DNA of 42,945 nucleotides, taken from contig CBDBIJ010000056.1 in assembly GCA_965205655.1 (NCBI GenBank), positions 1 to 42,945 on the forward strand. Direction: 5' to 3'. This stretch comes from Candidatus Latescibacterota bacterium (GTDB taxonomy: Bacteria > Latescibacterota > UBA2968 > UBA8231). The translations under genes and the position numbers were made by a program. Of the stretch, positions 18,530 through 28,735 are shown in pieces (position 1 is the first letter of the stretch; each line of letters opens with the position of its first letter). The notes beneath the pieces were generated by a model. That model searched no databases, was not told where the DNA came from, and saw nothing but the letters and a program-made list of their open reading frames with translations.

Positions 18530-20908
18530 TTACTTGATCAGCAGCATGCGACCAGTATGAACTTTGCCGCTGTTTATGAGCTGGTAGAAGTACAGTCCGC
18601 TCGAGGCGGTTTGGCCATTCTGCTCGCGACCGTCCCACTCGACGCTGTGGAGACCAGTAGGCTGTGGCTGATCGACGAGGACGCGCACTTCCTGCCCCAG
18701 GGCGTTATAGACCGTCAATCGGGCCCATCCAAACGCCGGCAATCGGTAGCGGACGGTCGTGGCCGGGTTAAAGGGATTGGGGTAGTTGTCGACGATCTGC
18801 TCGACAAGGCCGTGATCCTCACTCAATGCGGACAGCAGCTTGGCCACTGGCATTTGTGGGTCGTAGAGTACCCCTGGTGTGTTCCATCCGCTGCGCAGAT
18901 GCGCCTCCGCCCGGACGCCGAGAATGAGGTCTTTACCGATAAAGGAGCCAGTCGACCGCGAGTGGTGACGCAGATGGATCGTGCCGTTGGGCGCATAAAT
19001 ATTGCCGGCAAAAACGGCTTTGCCGCCGACCTTGGCTGCCTTGGGATGGCGTTTGAGTTTGCCGTGGTGTCCGTTTTCGCCCTCGACGTAGACGAGGATC
19101 TCCGACGGATCGACGGCGGCCGTCTCCGGTCCGAAGTAGCTGTGTTGACCGAGGGCGAACTTGCCGGCGATGAGCATGGTGGTCGGCGCCTGAACTACCA
19201 CTGCGACCTTCGTCCCGAGGTGCATGCTGCCGATGTGGTATTCGCCGCCTGTGAGTATAAGGGAGCCTTTGTGCTTGACCCGGATCGTGCCGAACGGGCC
19301 ATCCTCGGGTGACAGGGTGACTGTTTCGCGTTTTCTGACCAAAATATCGACGGTGCCCGGCGTGCCGCTGACGAAGTCGGGCAGGCCGAAGTCTTCGAAG
19401 AGCGGCCAGGTTCCGGGCGTGACGTGTTCGCCGATGGTGACGTGGCGGCCCACCTTGAGCTCGTCATAAACGAGGGTGCCGGCGATGGTGGCTTTGTTCT
19501 TGATTCGGACCCGAGGGCTGCTGACGCGCACATCAGTCTCGGTAAAGGCATGCGGGCCGATGACGAGTTCGACGCGGCCCGCCTGGAAGGGCGGTGTGCC
19601 GTAGTCTACGACGCCTGCGAAGCCGCTGTGTACGGTGGCGTGTTGCTTGATGTGCATGCTGTGAGCGGCGACGAGCACGTAACTGTTGGGCGTCGAGACG
19701 ACCTCGACGGTGCGTGGCGCGCTCGCCGGGTTACCGGCGGCGTCAGCGACCGTGTAGGTGACGGTGTATTCGCCTTCGGTGTTTGAATCGACCGGGTTGG
19801 CAACGATGATGGCAGAGGTGAGGTCGCCGTCGCAAGCGTCGAGTGCCGTGGCGCCGGGATCGGTGTATGGTGTTCCGACCTCGACCAGGATCGGGTCAGC
19901 GCCGAGCAAAGTAATGACCGGTGGGCTGGTGTCGGTGATCTGGATCTGTACCTGGTCGGGTGGCGAGTCCACGAGGCCGTCGTTGACGACGAGGTCGATG
20001 GTGTGGGTGCCCGGCGACAGGGTGACGGTGGGTGTTGGCCCCGTGGCGAGGGGCAGGCCGTCTTCCGACCACGCATAGGTCAAGTCGTCATCGTCCGGGT
20101 CGGACGAGCCGGTGCCGTCGAGCGTTACGTCGGTTCCTGCGGGGGTACCGCATTCGACGATCTGGTTCTCGCCCGCGTCGGCGACGGGTGGCTGGTTGAG
20201 GTCGGCTTCGATGCAGGCCGAGAATTCCGAGGTGTTGTTGCTCGGGTCGGTGGCCGTGGCGCTGATGAACTGGCCGGCGGAGAAGCCGGAAATACTCGCC
20301 GCGAAGGTAGCGTCGCCGTTTAAGTCGGTGCTGACGTTGGCCGAGCCCAAGAACGTAGTGCCCTCGCCGAAACCGCTGGGGTCGCAGGCGCTGTTGGCAA
20401 AAAGCTCGATGCGGAAGGTGGTGTTGGCGGTGCTGTTGAGCGTCCCCGAGACGGTGAAGCTGCCGCCGAAGGCCTGAGTCAGCACGGGGTAGTTCTGCAG
20501 ATTGTTGGCGCCGGCGTCGACATCATCGGGGTCGTTGGCGGTCACGCCGTCGGAGTTGATGTCGATACCTAAGGTAGTATTGCTGTGGATCGAGTTGCCC
20601 GAAATGGCATTGCCATTGCCGGAGTTGGCGTTGAGTTGGATGCCCATCTCGCCATTGTAGGCGATGGTATTGGCCATGCCGGGAGTGGTGCCGCTGGCGT
20701 CGGTGCCGATGAGGTTGCCGTAGATCAGGATATTGTGGCTGTTGTTGGGACCGATCCCCAAGACATTGCCGGATATCAGGTTGCCTGCGCCCGCGGTTGT
20801 GCCGCCAATGATCGTGCCGTTGGCATCATCGAGTAGCGAAATGCCAGAGCTGTTGCCGATCGCCGTGTTGCCGGTGAGGTCGGTGCCGATATAGTTGCCC
20901 TGAACTAG
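18530..20908 (-). pseudogene. 5'-truncated large secreted protein (parallel beta-helix repeats, PKD, DUF5011/Ig-like, C-terminal FlgD-like sorting domain)
   Basis: GNYIGTD/GNLISGN repeats, NQPPVADAG..LDGTGSSDPD, DTSPPVITLLG..YTDPGATA, NYPNPFNPATT..WDGR...ASSGLYFY; frame runs up to the IS630 CTAG at 20905 without a start or signal peptide. Confidence 0.8.
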
Positions 20909-22149
20909 TGGTTCATCCAGTTAGGATTGCGGGACATTGGAACTAGCGTTTTGAGGCCGGGGCTCGTATCCTTCTCCTGAGGCCCCTTTGTCAGGAGAGG
21001 AGGAGATCGACATTGCCCAAGAAGAAGTACATCGTCACGCTGACAGCAGAGGAGCGAGCTCATCTGCGCGGTTTGATCTCGAGGGGGAAGGCGGCGGCCT
21101 ACAAACAACGGCACGCGAGGATCCTGCTGAAGACGGACCAGGGTCCGCATGGTGAGCACTGGACCGATGAGCAGATCGAGCACGCGCTCGACGTGCATCC
21201 GAGCACAGTGGAGCGTCTGCGCCAGCGGTTTGTGGAAGAGGGCTTCGAGGCGTCGCTGCTGCGCAACGAGCAGAAGAATCGGAAAGCGAACAAGATCGAC
21301 GGCAGAGCCGAAGCCCATCTGGTGGCTCTGGCCTGCAGTGAGCCCCCCGATGGGAGGAAGCACTGGACCCTGAAGCTGCTGGCAGACCGCCTCGTGGCCT
21401 TGGAGCTGGTTGACAGTGTCAGCCCGGAAACGGTCCGCAAGACGTTAAAAAAAACGAGCTGAAGCCTTGGCGGCGGGAGATGTGGTGCCTGCCGGGCAAA
21501 CCCAGTGCCGAGTTCGTCTGCGCGATGGAGGACGTGTTGGATGTCTATCAATGGCCGTACGACCCGAAGCACCCGTTGGTTTGTCTGGACGAGACAAGCA
21601 AGCAGTTGATCGGCGAAACGCAGCGGCCCCTGCCGGTGGCGCCTGGGTGTCCGGCACGGTATCACCATGAATACGTCCGCAACGGGGTCGCCAACGTCTT
21701 CATGATGCTGGAGCCCTTCACGGGTCGCTCCCACGTCCGAGTGAGCGAACGGCGCACGATGAGAGACTGGGCTCACACCGTCAGAGATCTCGTCGACGTC
21801 CACTACCCTGAGGCGGAGGAGATCACGCTGGTGATGGACAACTTGAGCACTCATAAGAAGGCGGCCCTCTACGAGGTCTTCGAACCGGAGGAAGCCAAGC
21901 GCATCGCTGACAAACTCGACATCCACTACACCCCGACACACGGCAGCTGGCTCAACATGGCCGAGATCGGACTGAACGTGCTCTTTCGGCAATGTCTCAA
22001 TCGTCGCATCGCGACGATCCAGCAGTTGGGAAAACACGTGAAGGCCTGGCTCACGGAGCGCCTCGAAAACCCGCCCGTCATCAATTGGCGTTTCACGACG
22101 GCGGATGCACGAATCAAGCTCAAGCGTCTCTACCCCGCACTGCTACCTA
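20906..22149 (+). mobile_element. IS630-family element between CTAG sites; right inverted repeat missing
   Basis: CTAG at 20905-20908 and 22147-22150; left end TAGTGGTTCATCCAG; no GATGAACCACTA at right. Confidence 0.85.
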
Positions 22150-22150
22150 G
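21013..22150 (+). CDS. IS630 transposase, two ORFs joined by -1 frameshift at A8 (21447-21454); own stop codon lost
   Basis: OrfA MPKKKYIVTL..HTH..KTLKK; OrfB LKPW..CLDETSKQL, VMDNLSTH, YTPTHGSWLNMAE, WRFTTADARIKLKRLYP. Confidence 0.9.
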
Positions 22151-22787
22151 TTGCCCCCACCGCTTCTACGACGATGTCGGCGAGGGCTCCCTTCGTGATC
22201 TCCGCCACCGCCTCGGCGACCGACCGTTCGCTCGGATCCACCGAGTGCGTCGCTCCCATCTCGCTACCGATGTCCAGTCTGTAGCGCAGCGGGTCCACAC
22301 CAATGATGTGCCGGACCCCGAGGTTTCGGAAGCAGGCGTTGAACAGTTGGCCTACGGGACCCTGGCCCAGCACGACCACACTCGTGTTGATCAGGTTGTC
22401 GAGCTTGTAGAGACAGTGCACGACTGTCCCGAGGAGCTGGGACATGAGGATGACTTCGGGTTCCGACCCAGTCGGCAACCGCAGGTGCCTTTCCTCGGGG
22501 GCGACCACATACTCCTGAAACATTCCCAACCCGTACCCCCACACCAGAACGAGCTCGCCGGGCTCGTATCGTCCCGACGGACAGGATTCGACGGTGCCGA
22601 TCGCCTCGTGCCCCGGTATTCCAGGTTCGAGCGGGTACGGCGGTTCGGCGCCGCAATAGAACGGTTTGTCAGTGCCGCAGATTGCAGCGTGCTCAATACG
22701 AATGAGCACGCTGCCGCTCTCGGCGACCGGTTTCTCGCGCTCGATCAGCTCCCACGTTCGGGGAGCCACCAGTTGTGCCGCTCGCAA
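22150..22787 (-). pseudogene. Zinc-binding dehydrogenase (MDR family), 3'-truncated by IS630
   Basis: ICGTD, GHEAIG, VLGQGPVG, DIVVEAVG, then cut at CTAG 22147-22150. Confidence 0.8.
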
Positions 22788-22897
22788 CGAAGCGTTGCCT
22801 CTTCTTTAGAGACTGACGATGACGACGGGGATCTAAGAAACAGCCCTTTGCTACTTCTGTCTACTGTCCCTACAACTCGTCGATCCTCCATCTCGCG

Positions 22898-22925
22898 TTG
22901 ACATTCGTCAATCGTCAACTACATT
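22898..22925 (+). promoter_or_regulatory. nfuA promoter TTGACA-N16-TACATT with FNR/CRP-like palindrome TTGAC-N4-GTCAA
   Basis: TTGACATTCGTCAA at 22898-22911; -10 at 22920-22925; predicted start site coincides with ATG 22932. Confidence 0.55.
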
Positions 22926-22931
22926 CAGCAT

Positions 22932-23513
22932 ATGGTCACGGTCACCGAGGAAGCTCAGCTGAAAATCGTCGAGCTCATGTCGAAGAGCGAGAGCGCCATC
23001 AAAGGGCTCCGCATCGGCGCCAAATCCGTGTCGCCACTGAAGGTCGACTTCAGGATGGCCTTCATCGGGGAAGACGAAGACACCAGCGCCGACAGCGTAA
23101 TTCCCTTCAATGGCTTCGATGTCTTCGCGGACGAGGAGAGCACGCCGAATATCGACGATGCCGTCGTCGACTATGTCGACGGCTTGATGGGTAGCGGTTT
23201 CAAGATCGAGCGGCCCAACATGACGCCCCCCGAGCTCTCGGGCCCGGTCGCGCAGAAGATCCAGCAGGTCCTCGACGAGCAGATCAATCCGGCGGTGGCC
23301 GGCCACGGCGGCAACGTCGCTCTCATCGATGTGCGGGACAACAAGGTATACCTGCAACTCGAGGGTGGCTGTCAGGGGTGCGGCATGGCCGACGTTACCT
23401 TGAAGCAGGGCATCGAGGTCATGATCAAGGAAGCCGTGCCTGAGATCGAGGAGATCCTCGACGTCACCGACCACGCCGACGGCGAAAACCCCTACTACCA
23501 GTCCTCGAAATGA
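22932..23513 (+). CDS. nfuA: Fe-S cluster biogenesis protein NfuA (degenerate A-type domain + NifU-C)
   Basis: INPAVAGHGGNV, GGCQGCGMADVTLKQGIE, DVTDHADGENPYY. Confidence 0.92.
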   Translation: MVTVTEEAQLKIVELMSKSESAIKGLRIGAKSVSPLKVDFRMAFIGEDEDTSADSVIPFNGFDVFADEESTPNIDDAVVDYVDGLMGSGFKIERPNMTPPELSGPVAQKIQQVLDEQINPAVAGHGGNVALIDVRDNKVYLQLEGGCQGCGMADVTLKQGIEVMIKEAVPEIEEILDVTDHADGENPYYQSSK

Positions 23514-23517
23514 GTCC

Positions 23518-24987
23518 GTGGCCGCTGCTGCTGTACCAGTTTCGCCACATCGCCGTCACCTGAACGTCCTCCTCCTCTCCACCTACGAGCTCGGCCGCCA
23601 ACCCTTCGGTCTCGCCTCGCCAACCGCGTGGCTGCGCCGGGAGGGATTCACTGTTACCTGCGCTGATCTCGCAGTCCAGGAATTTCCCGCAGACGCAGCA
23701 GCGAGTGCCGACCTGGTGGCCCTCTACGTACCGATGCACACGGCTACCCGGATAGCGGCAACCCTCATTCCGCGCCTCAAGTCCCTAAACCCGGCGACAC
23801 ACATTTGCTGTTACGGACTCTACGGCCCGCCGAATGCCGAGTACCTGCGCCGGCTCGGCGCCTCCACCATTCTCGGTGGCGAGTTCGAAACAGGGCTTCT
23901 GCACCTGTGTGAGAGACTGAGCGCCTCGAACGGACGGCCCGATCGAGAGCAGACCGCGACTGGACAGCCTGAGCCGGAAATTTCACTCGACCGTCAACGG
24001 TTCCTCCTGCCCGATCGCAGCGACCTTCCCGAACTGACACGATATGCTCGCATGGAGACTGGCAGCGCCCAGCCGATCACGGTCGGCTACACCGAAGCGA
24101 GCCGGGGATGCAAGCATCTCTGCCGGCACTGCCCGGTTGTCCCGGTATACGAGGGAAAGTTTCGGATCGTTCAGGAAGAGATCGTACTCGAGGACATTCG
24201 GCAGCAGGTGGAAGCGGGTGCCGGCCACATAACCTTCGGCGATCCGGACTTCTTCAACGGCATCGGCCACGCCATGCCGGTCGTCGAGGCTCTCCACGCT
24301 CAGTTTCCTCGCGTGACCTACGACGTCACGGTAAAGATCGAACACCTACTCCGTCACGCCGACTGCCTGCGCGTCCTTCGCGACACCGGCTGCGCCTTCG
24401 TCACCAGCGCTGTCGAGTCGACCGACGACCGCGTCCTCGCAATCCTCGACAAGGGGCATACCCGCGAGGACTTCGTCCAGGTCGCCCGGCGCTTCCGGGA
24501 AACTGGGCTCGTGCTCAGCCCGACTTTCGTCACCTTCACTCCGTGGACGACGCTCGAGTCCAACATCGATCTGCTGGAGCTGATTCTCGAACTCGACCTC
24601 GTCGATTGCGTGGCGCCGATTCAATGGGCTATCCGGCTGCTCATCCCCGAAGGATCTCGCCTGCTCGAATTGTCGGAGGCTCAGTCTCTCATCGACCCCT
24701 TCGAACCCGACATGTTGGGCTACCGCTGGAAGCATCCCGACCCGCGCGTAGATAAGCTCTTCGAGGAGGTATTCGATGTCGCCTGCGCGTCGGGCGCGGA
24801 GGAATGCTCCAGACGCCAGGTGTTCACCCGGGTTTGGGAAATCGCACACTCTGCCGTGGATCGACCGGCCCCACGAGTTGGCGGTTACCTGCCACCATCC
24901 CCGGCCACCCTACCCTACCTGACCGAACCCTGGTATTGCTGAGCAGAGCCCACTGAAGAGCAGTTTGCTCTTTCGAGCTTCGTGTGA
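23518..24987 (+). CDS. CUAEP-tail B12-binding radical SAM selenoprotein (TGA 24940-24942 read as Sec)
   Basis: STYELGRQPFG, VPMHTATR, EASRGCKHLCRHC, FGDPDFFNG; read-through gives LTEPWYC-U-AEPTEEQFALSSFV* ending at 24987. Confidence 0.88.
24955..24973 (+). promoter_or_regulatory. Candidate bacterial SECIS hairpin
   Basis: GAAGAGCA-GTT-TGCTCTTT stem-loop; loop G about 21 nt after the UGA. Confidence 0.55.
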
Positions 24988-25046
24988 CAGTTGGGAGTTT
25001 GACAGACTTGCGGTTGTAAAGGACCACCATCTGGAGGTGTGGCTTC

Positions 25047-26387
25047 TCAGTCCATTCTGAAGAAGGTTCCCGCAATGTGGCGCACGATCTGGACTTCCTC
25101 GATGGGTTCGTCTTGCTCCTTGGCGCAGAACCAGTAGGCTACGAAGATACGACCGTCCGGCAGCTCAGTGGGCATCTGGTAGCCCATGTCGTAGCTGTAG
25201 GCATCGCCGCGCACGACAAATTCCTCGCTCCAGGTCTGGCCAAGATCTTCGCTCACCACGCCAAGGATGCCGCGGTTGCCCAGGCTGGGGGTACGGCGCG
25301 CAAAGAATATGATGATCCGACCGTCCCGGGTCACCAGGGCCGAGGGGCAACGCCATCTATTAGCGCGGGCAACATCGTTCAACGGGCGCTCAGGCTCGGG
25401 ATCGCTCATGTTCCCGAAACGATTCCCCGGGCTGGTCACAAAGCGGGGTTGAGACCAGGTCATGCCATCGTCATCGGAAAACGCGACGCAGGGTATTTCC
25501 GAAGGTGTCTTGTACATGAGACACATCAGGCGTCCGTCGGGCAGCCGGTGCACACCGGGGTAGGTGTAGCCGACACCCTCGACGCCTGGTGCTTCGCGGG
25601 TGAGGTGGCTGCTGACTCGAGCTACGTCGCTGCAGTACTCCCACGAGATCCCGTTGTCGTAGCTGACGTAATAGCACAGGACGTGCCGCCAGTAGACGGC
25701 GCCGACAATACCGAGTACCCCGTTGTCGAAGCGGACGGTACCGAGGTTTGCTCCCATGAATCCACCGTCGGGGGCCCAGGACGGGTTGTCGATGATTGTC
25801 GCATGCTTTTCCCATGTGCGTCCGCGATCCCTGCTGCGCAGGCTGAATGTCGGCAGGTGCTGCCGGCGACCCAAATCAAAACTTTTCTCGTCTCGTCCGA
25901 CGCCGCCGATGGGAGGCTTGAGATACGTCCCGGGGCAGAAGTGGATGATGGAGTCAGTTTCGCCCATATCGATCTCTTCGCGATCGCCGCGGTCTCGGGG
26001 CCGCAGCCAGTCCAGGATCTCGTCCGTGGTCCGGTCGTTGTTCCAGATCCATTGGCGTTCGACATCGGGCCAGGTTTCGCCATTGTCGAAGGATCGGCTG
26101 ATGATACATCCTGATTCACCGCCCCAGCGCTCGTGGTGTGCCCACATACTGCGGGGGCCGCCGCAGTGTCGGGACCAATTCTTGTTCGGGCCCTCTCTCA
26201 TGACGCTGTAGTCCATAGGCACCGCCAGGTAGGCCACGGCGATCTCGCCATCGCCGAAATTCCAGATGCCGCCGCGATTGGTGGCATAGAGATACATGCC
26301 TTCATCGCGGTGGACGATGATGTGGCGAAGATCCTTGAGTTCCACCTTGCGCACGCCCACGGTTCGTTTCGATGGAAATTCTGCCAT
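25047..26387 (-). CDS. Sialidase-like BNR/Asp-box repeat protein
   Basis: SFDNGETW, SRDRGRTW, SYDNGISW, SDDDGMTW, SEDLGQTW repeats; DMGY..LPDGRIFVAYW. Confidence 0.8.
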   Translation of the reverse strand: MAEFPSKRTVGVRKVELKDLRHIIVHRDEGMYLYATNRGGIWNFGDGEIAVAYLAVPMDYSVMREGPNKNWSRHCGGPRSMWAHHERWGGESGCIISRSFDNGETWPDVERQWIWNNDRTTDEILDWLRPRDRGDREEIDMGETDSIIHFCPGTYLKPPIGGVGRDEKSFDLGRRQHLPTFSLRSRDRGRTWEKHATIIDNPSWAPDGGFMGANLGTVRFDNGVLGIVGAVYWRHVLCYYVSYDNGISWEYCSDVARVSSHLTREAPGVEGVGYTYPGVHRLPDGRLMCLMYKTPSEIPCVAFSDDDGMTWSQPRFVTSPGNRFGNMSDPEPERPLNDVARANRWRCPSALVTRDGRIIIFFARRTPSLGNRGILGVVSEDLGQTWSEEFVVRGDAYSYDMGYQMPTELPDGRIFVAYWFCAKEQDEPIEEVQIVRHIAGTFFRMD

Positions 26388-26673
26388 GCCTTGCTCTCCT
26401 GTCGAGGCCCCGACGTCACATCCGGGCCTGAGGAACACCTGCTGATTAAAAAACTCTCGCAGTTTGTCCCGGTCAAGCCCCGTTCGCAGAGTCGCCTATG
26501 GCAATTTGCCCCTTCGAGTCTCGTATAGAAAATCATGGCGCAGGTCTCAGTTCCGGCCCTAACTTTAGAGATGTCGGTGCCTGGCAGCTCGGATGCCTCG
26601 TCCGACCGTATCGACTCCCTCTCCCAATCCCGCGTAGCTCCCCGGTCGCACACATTTCTTGATGAGGTGTCTC

Positions 26674-26940
26674 ATGCCGAAGGACCACGGCTTGACCGAA
26701 GAGCAGCTGGAACTACTGGATAAGATCGCAGACGATGTGTGGGTGCTCGTGCGCAGGGGCGGAATATCGGTGCCAGTGTATTGGGTAGAATCTCCCACGC
26801 TCGATGCGTCACAGGCTGTCGACGCCGACGACGTCAGAGAGTTGGTTGGGAGCGATCTGATTTCCGTCGAGGATCAGCAGGCACCGATCAGCCGCTACCG
26901 CCTGACTGACCGGGGTGAAAAGGTCGCCCGCCAGACGTGA
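26674..26940 (+). CDS. Hypothetical protein (possible winged-helix C-terminus)
   Basis: GAGG RBS before ATG; ends YRLTDRGEKVA. Confidence 0.55.
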   Translation: MPKDHGLTEEQLELLDKIADDVWVLVRRGGISVPVYWVESPTLDASQAVDADDVRELVGSDLISVEDQQAPISRYRLTDRGEKVARQT

Positions 26941-26973
26941 CCCGGCTGCCGGGGAACCTGTGTATCCCTCCCC

Positions 26974-27336
26974 CTAAAATACCTCTATGACGTCGTCCAC
27001 CGCCTTCTTGACGGCGCCCGCCAGAAACGGTTTCACCAGAACCCCCATAATCCCTGGCAGACGATCCTGTTCGGGATCCATGCCCGTGATCACGACTACC
27101 TTGACGTCGGGATCGATCATCTGCATCGACGCCAGTGCCTCGTACCCGGTCATGTCAGGCATTCTGAGGTCGAGGAGAACGAGGTCCACCTGCTCATGCG
27201 CCTCGAACGCCTCCAGCGCCGCCGCCCCGTCAGCTGCACAGATCACCGAGTAGGTCGGGCAGAGCACATCCTCGATGAACTGCAGGATGATGTGGTCGTC
27301 ATCGACGACGAGGACCGTCCTTTTCGCTTCACCCAT
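26974..27336 (-). CDS. Single-domain response regulator (CheY-like receiver)
   Basis: VLVVDDD, LLDLRMPDMTG, VITG, KPF motifs. Confidence 0.9.
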   Translation of the reverse strand: MGEAKRTVLVVDDDHIILQFIEDVLCPTYSVICAADGAAALEAFEAHEQVDLVLLDLRMPDMTGYEALASMQMIDPDVKVVVITGMDPEQDRLPGIMGVLVKPFLAGAVKKAVDDVIEVF

Positions 27337-27363
27337 ACGATTGCTCCTTCCTCCGATTGCCCG

Positions 27364-28731
27364 TCACAGCCTCTTTTCTTTGAAATAGCATATCCGGCGC
27401 ACCATGGCCATGCCGACGAATCCCCCGAGAACGTCGGCTACGACCACACCCGCGAACAGGCCTGCCAGTCCGCTCCAGGCAGATCCCAGGAATGCGAGCG
27501 GCGCGTACAGACAGAATGTGTGAATGGCAGTCTGGACGGTCGCGGCGATCGGCTTGCCGATTGAGTTCAACGTCTCTTCCGCCACCAGCAAGATGCCCGT
27601 GAACCCGAACCCCAAGGGAATGATCCAGAGGTACCCGACCATGCTGTCGATGACGTCGGGTTCGCCGCTGAAGAGAGCCGCCACGGGCTCCGCCGCGAAA
27701 TTGAGCACTATGACCATCGCCGCTCCCCACAAAAAGGCAAACCGGTAGCCGTAGCGCCTCGCCGTTCGAACCCGGTCGTAGCGCTCGGCGCCCCAGTTCT
27801 GACCGATAAACGGCACGAGTCCGGAGCTCAGTGCCAGAGCTGGAATCAGCACGAAGTACGAGATGCGCGAACCGGCGCCCCAGGCCGCCACCGCACTTGC
27901 CCCGTAGGTCGATACCAGTCTGGTCACGAAACCCAGAGAGAATGACGGCATGATGTTCGTCGCTGAGGCCGGAACGGCGATGTAGGTCACCTGTTTCCAC
28001 GATGCCAACACGTCCGTCAATCTCGGAGGTGAAAAATCGAGCAGATTCTCGCGAAAGCGAAGGATCGCCAGCGATACGATCAAGGTGCAGGCGCGGGCGA
28101 TGACGGTGGCGATGGCCGCACCCGCCAGTTCCAGTCGCGGAAATCCGAGCAGCCCGAAGATGAGCAGGGGGTCGAGCACCAGGTTCAAGGTCATGGCGCC
28201 GGTCATGATGAGGGCAGGCACCCTGGTGTCTCCCAGAGCCCGAATCGACGCGTTCGCCACCATCGGCACGACGAGGAAGACGATCCCTGGGTACCAGATG
28301 ATCATGTACTCCCTGATGAGCGGCAGAACATCCTCGGCGGCTCCCATTGCCCGAAACAGCGGATCGATGGTCAGCACCCCGACGCCGGCGAGGACGAGGA
28401 CGACGATGAACGCGAGCAACAGGCTGTCAGAGGACACACGCTTGACCCTGTCCATCTCACCTCGTCCGATCGCCCGGGACACGACGGAAACCGTCCCTGT
28501 GCTCAGCCCCATCGTCACGCCGAAGAGGACGGACACGACCGGAAACGTGAAGCTCATCGCCGCCAGCTCCAGAGTCCCCAATTGCGACACGAAGTAGGTG
28601 TCGGTCAGGTTGAAGGCCATCACCGAAAACAGGCCGATGACCATTGGGCCGGCCAGACCGACCAGCGTTTGCACGATTGGTCCTTCTGTCAGCTTCGCCG
28701 TCGCCCGGTCAGTTCCGCTCTGATCCCCCAT
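27364..28731 (-). CDS. MATE family efflux transporter
   Basis: LTEGPI, DTYFVSQLG..ELAA, RALGDT, NLVLDPLLIFG..GAAIAT, GQNWGA motifs. Confidence 0.92.
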   Translation of the reverse strand: MGDQSGTDRATAKLTEGPIVQTLVGLAGPMVIGLFSVMAFNLTDTYFVSQLGTLELAAMSFTFPVVSVLFGVTMGLSTGTVSVVSRAIGRGEMDRVKRVSSDSLLLAFIVVLVLAGVGVLTIDPLFRAMGAAEDVLPLIREYMIIWYPGIVFLVVPMVANASIRALGDTRVPALIMTGAMTLNLVLDPLLIFGLLGFPRLELAGAAIATVIARACTLIVSLAILRFRENLLDFSPPRLTDVLASWKQVTYIAVPASATNIMPSFSLGFVTRLVSTYGASAVAAWGAGSRISYFVLIPALALSSGLVPFIGQNWGAERYDRVRTARRYGYRFAFLWGAAMVIVLNFAAEPVAALFSGEPDVIDSMVGYLWIIPLGFGFTGILLVAEETLNSIGKPIAATVQTAIHTFCLYAPLAFLGSAWSGLAGLFAGVVVADVLGGFVGMAMVRRICYFKEKRL

Positions 28732-28735
28732 TTTC

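Noticed and set aside
22150..22901. Apparent long C-terminal extension or fusion of the IS630 transposase
   Set aside because: Read-through antisense to the dehydrogenase after loss of the IS end
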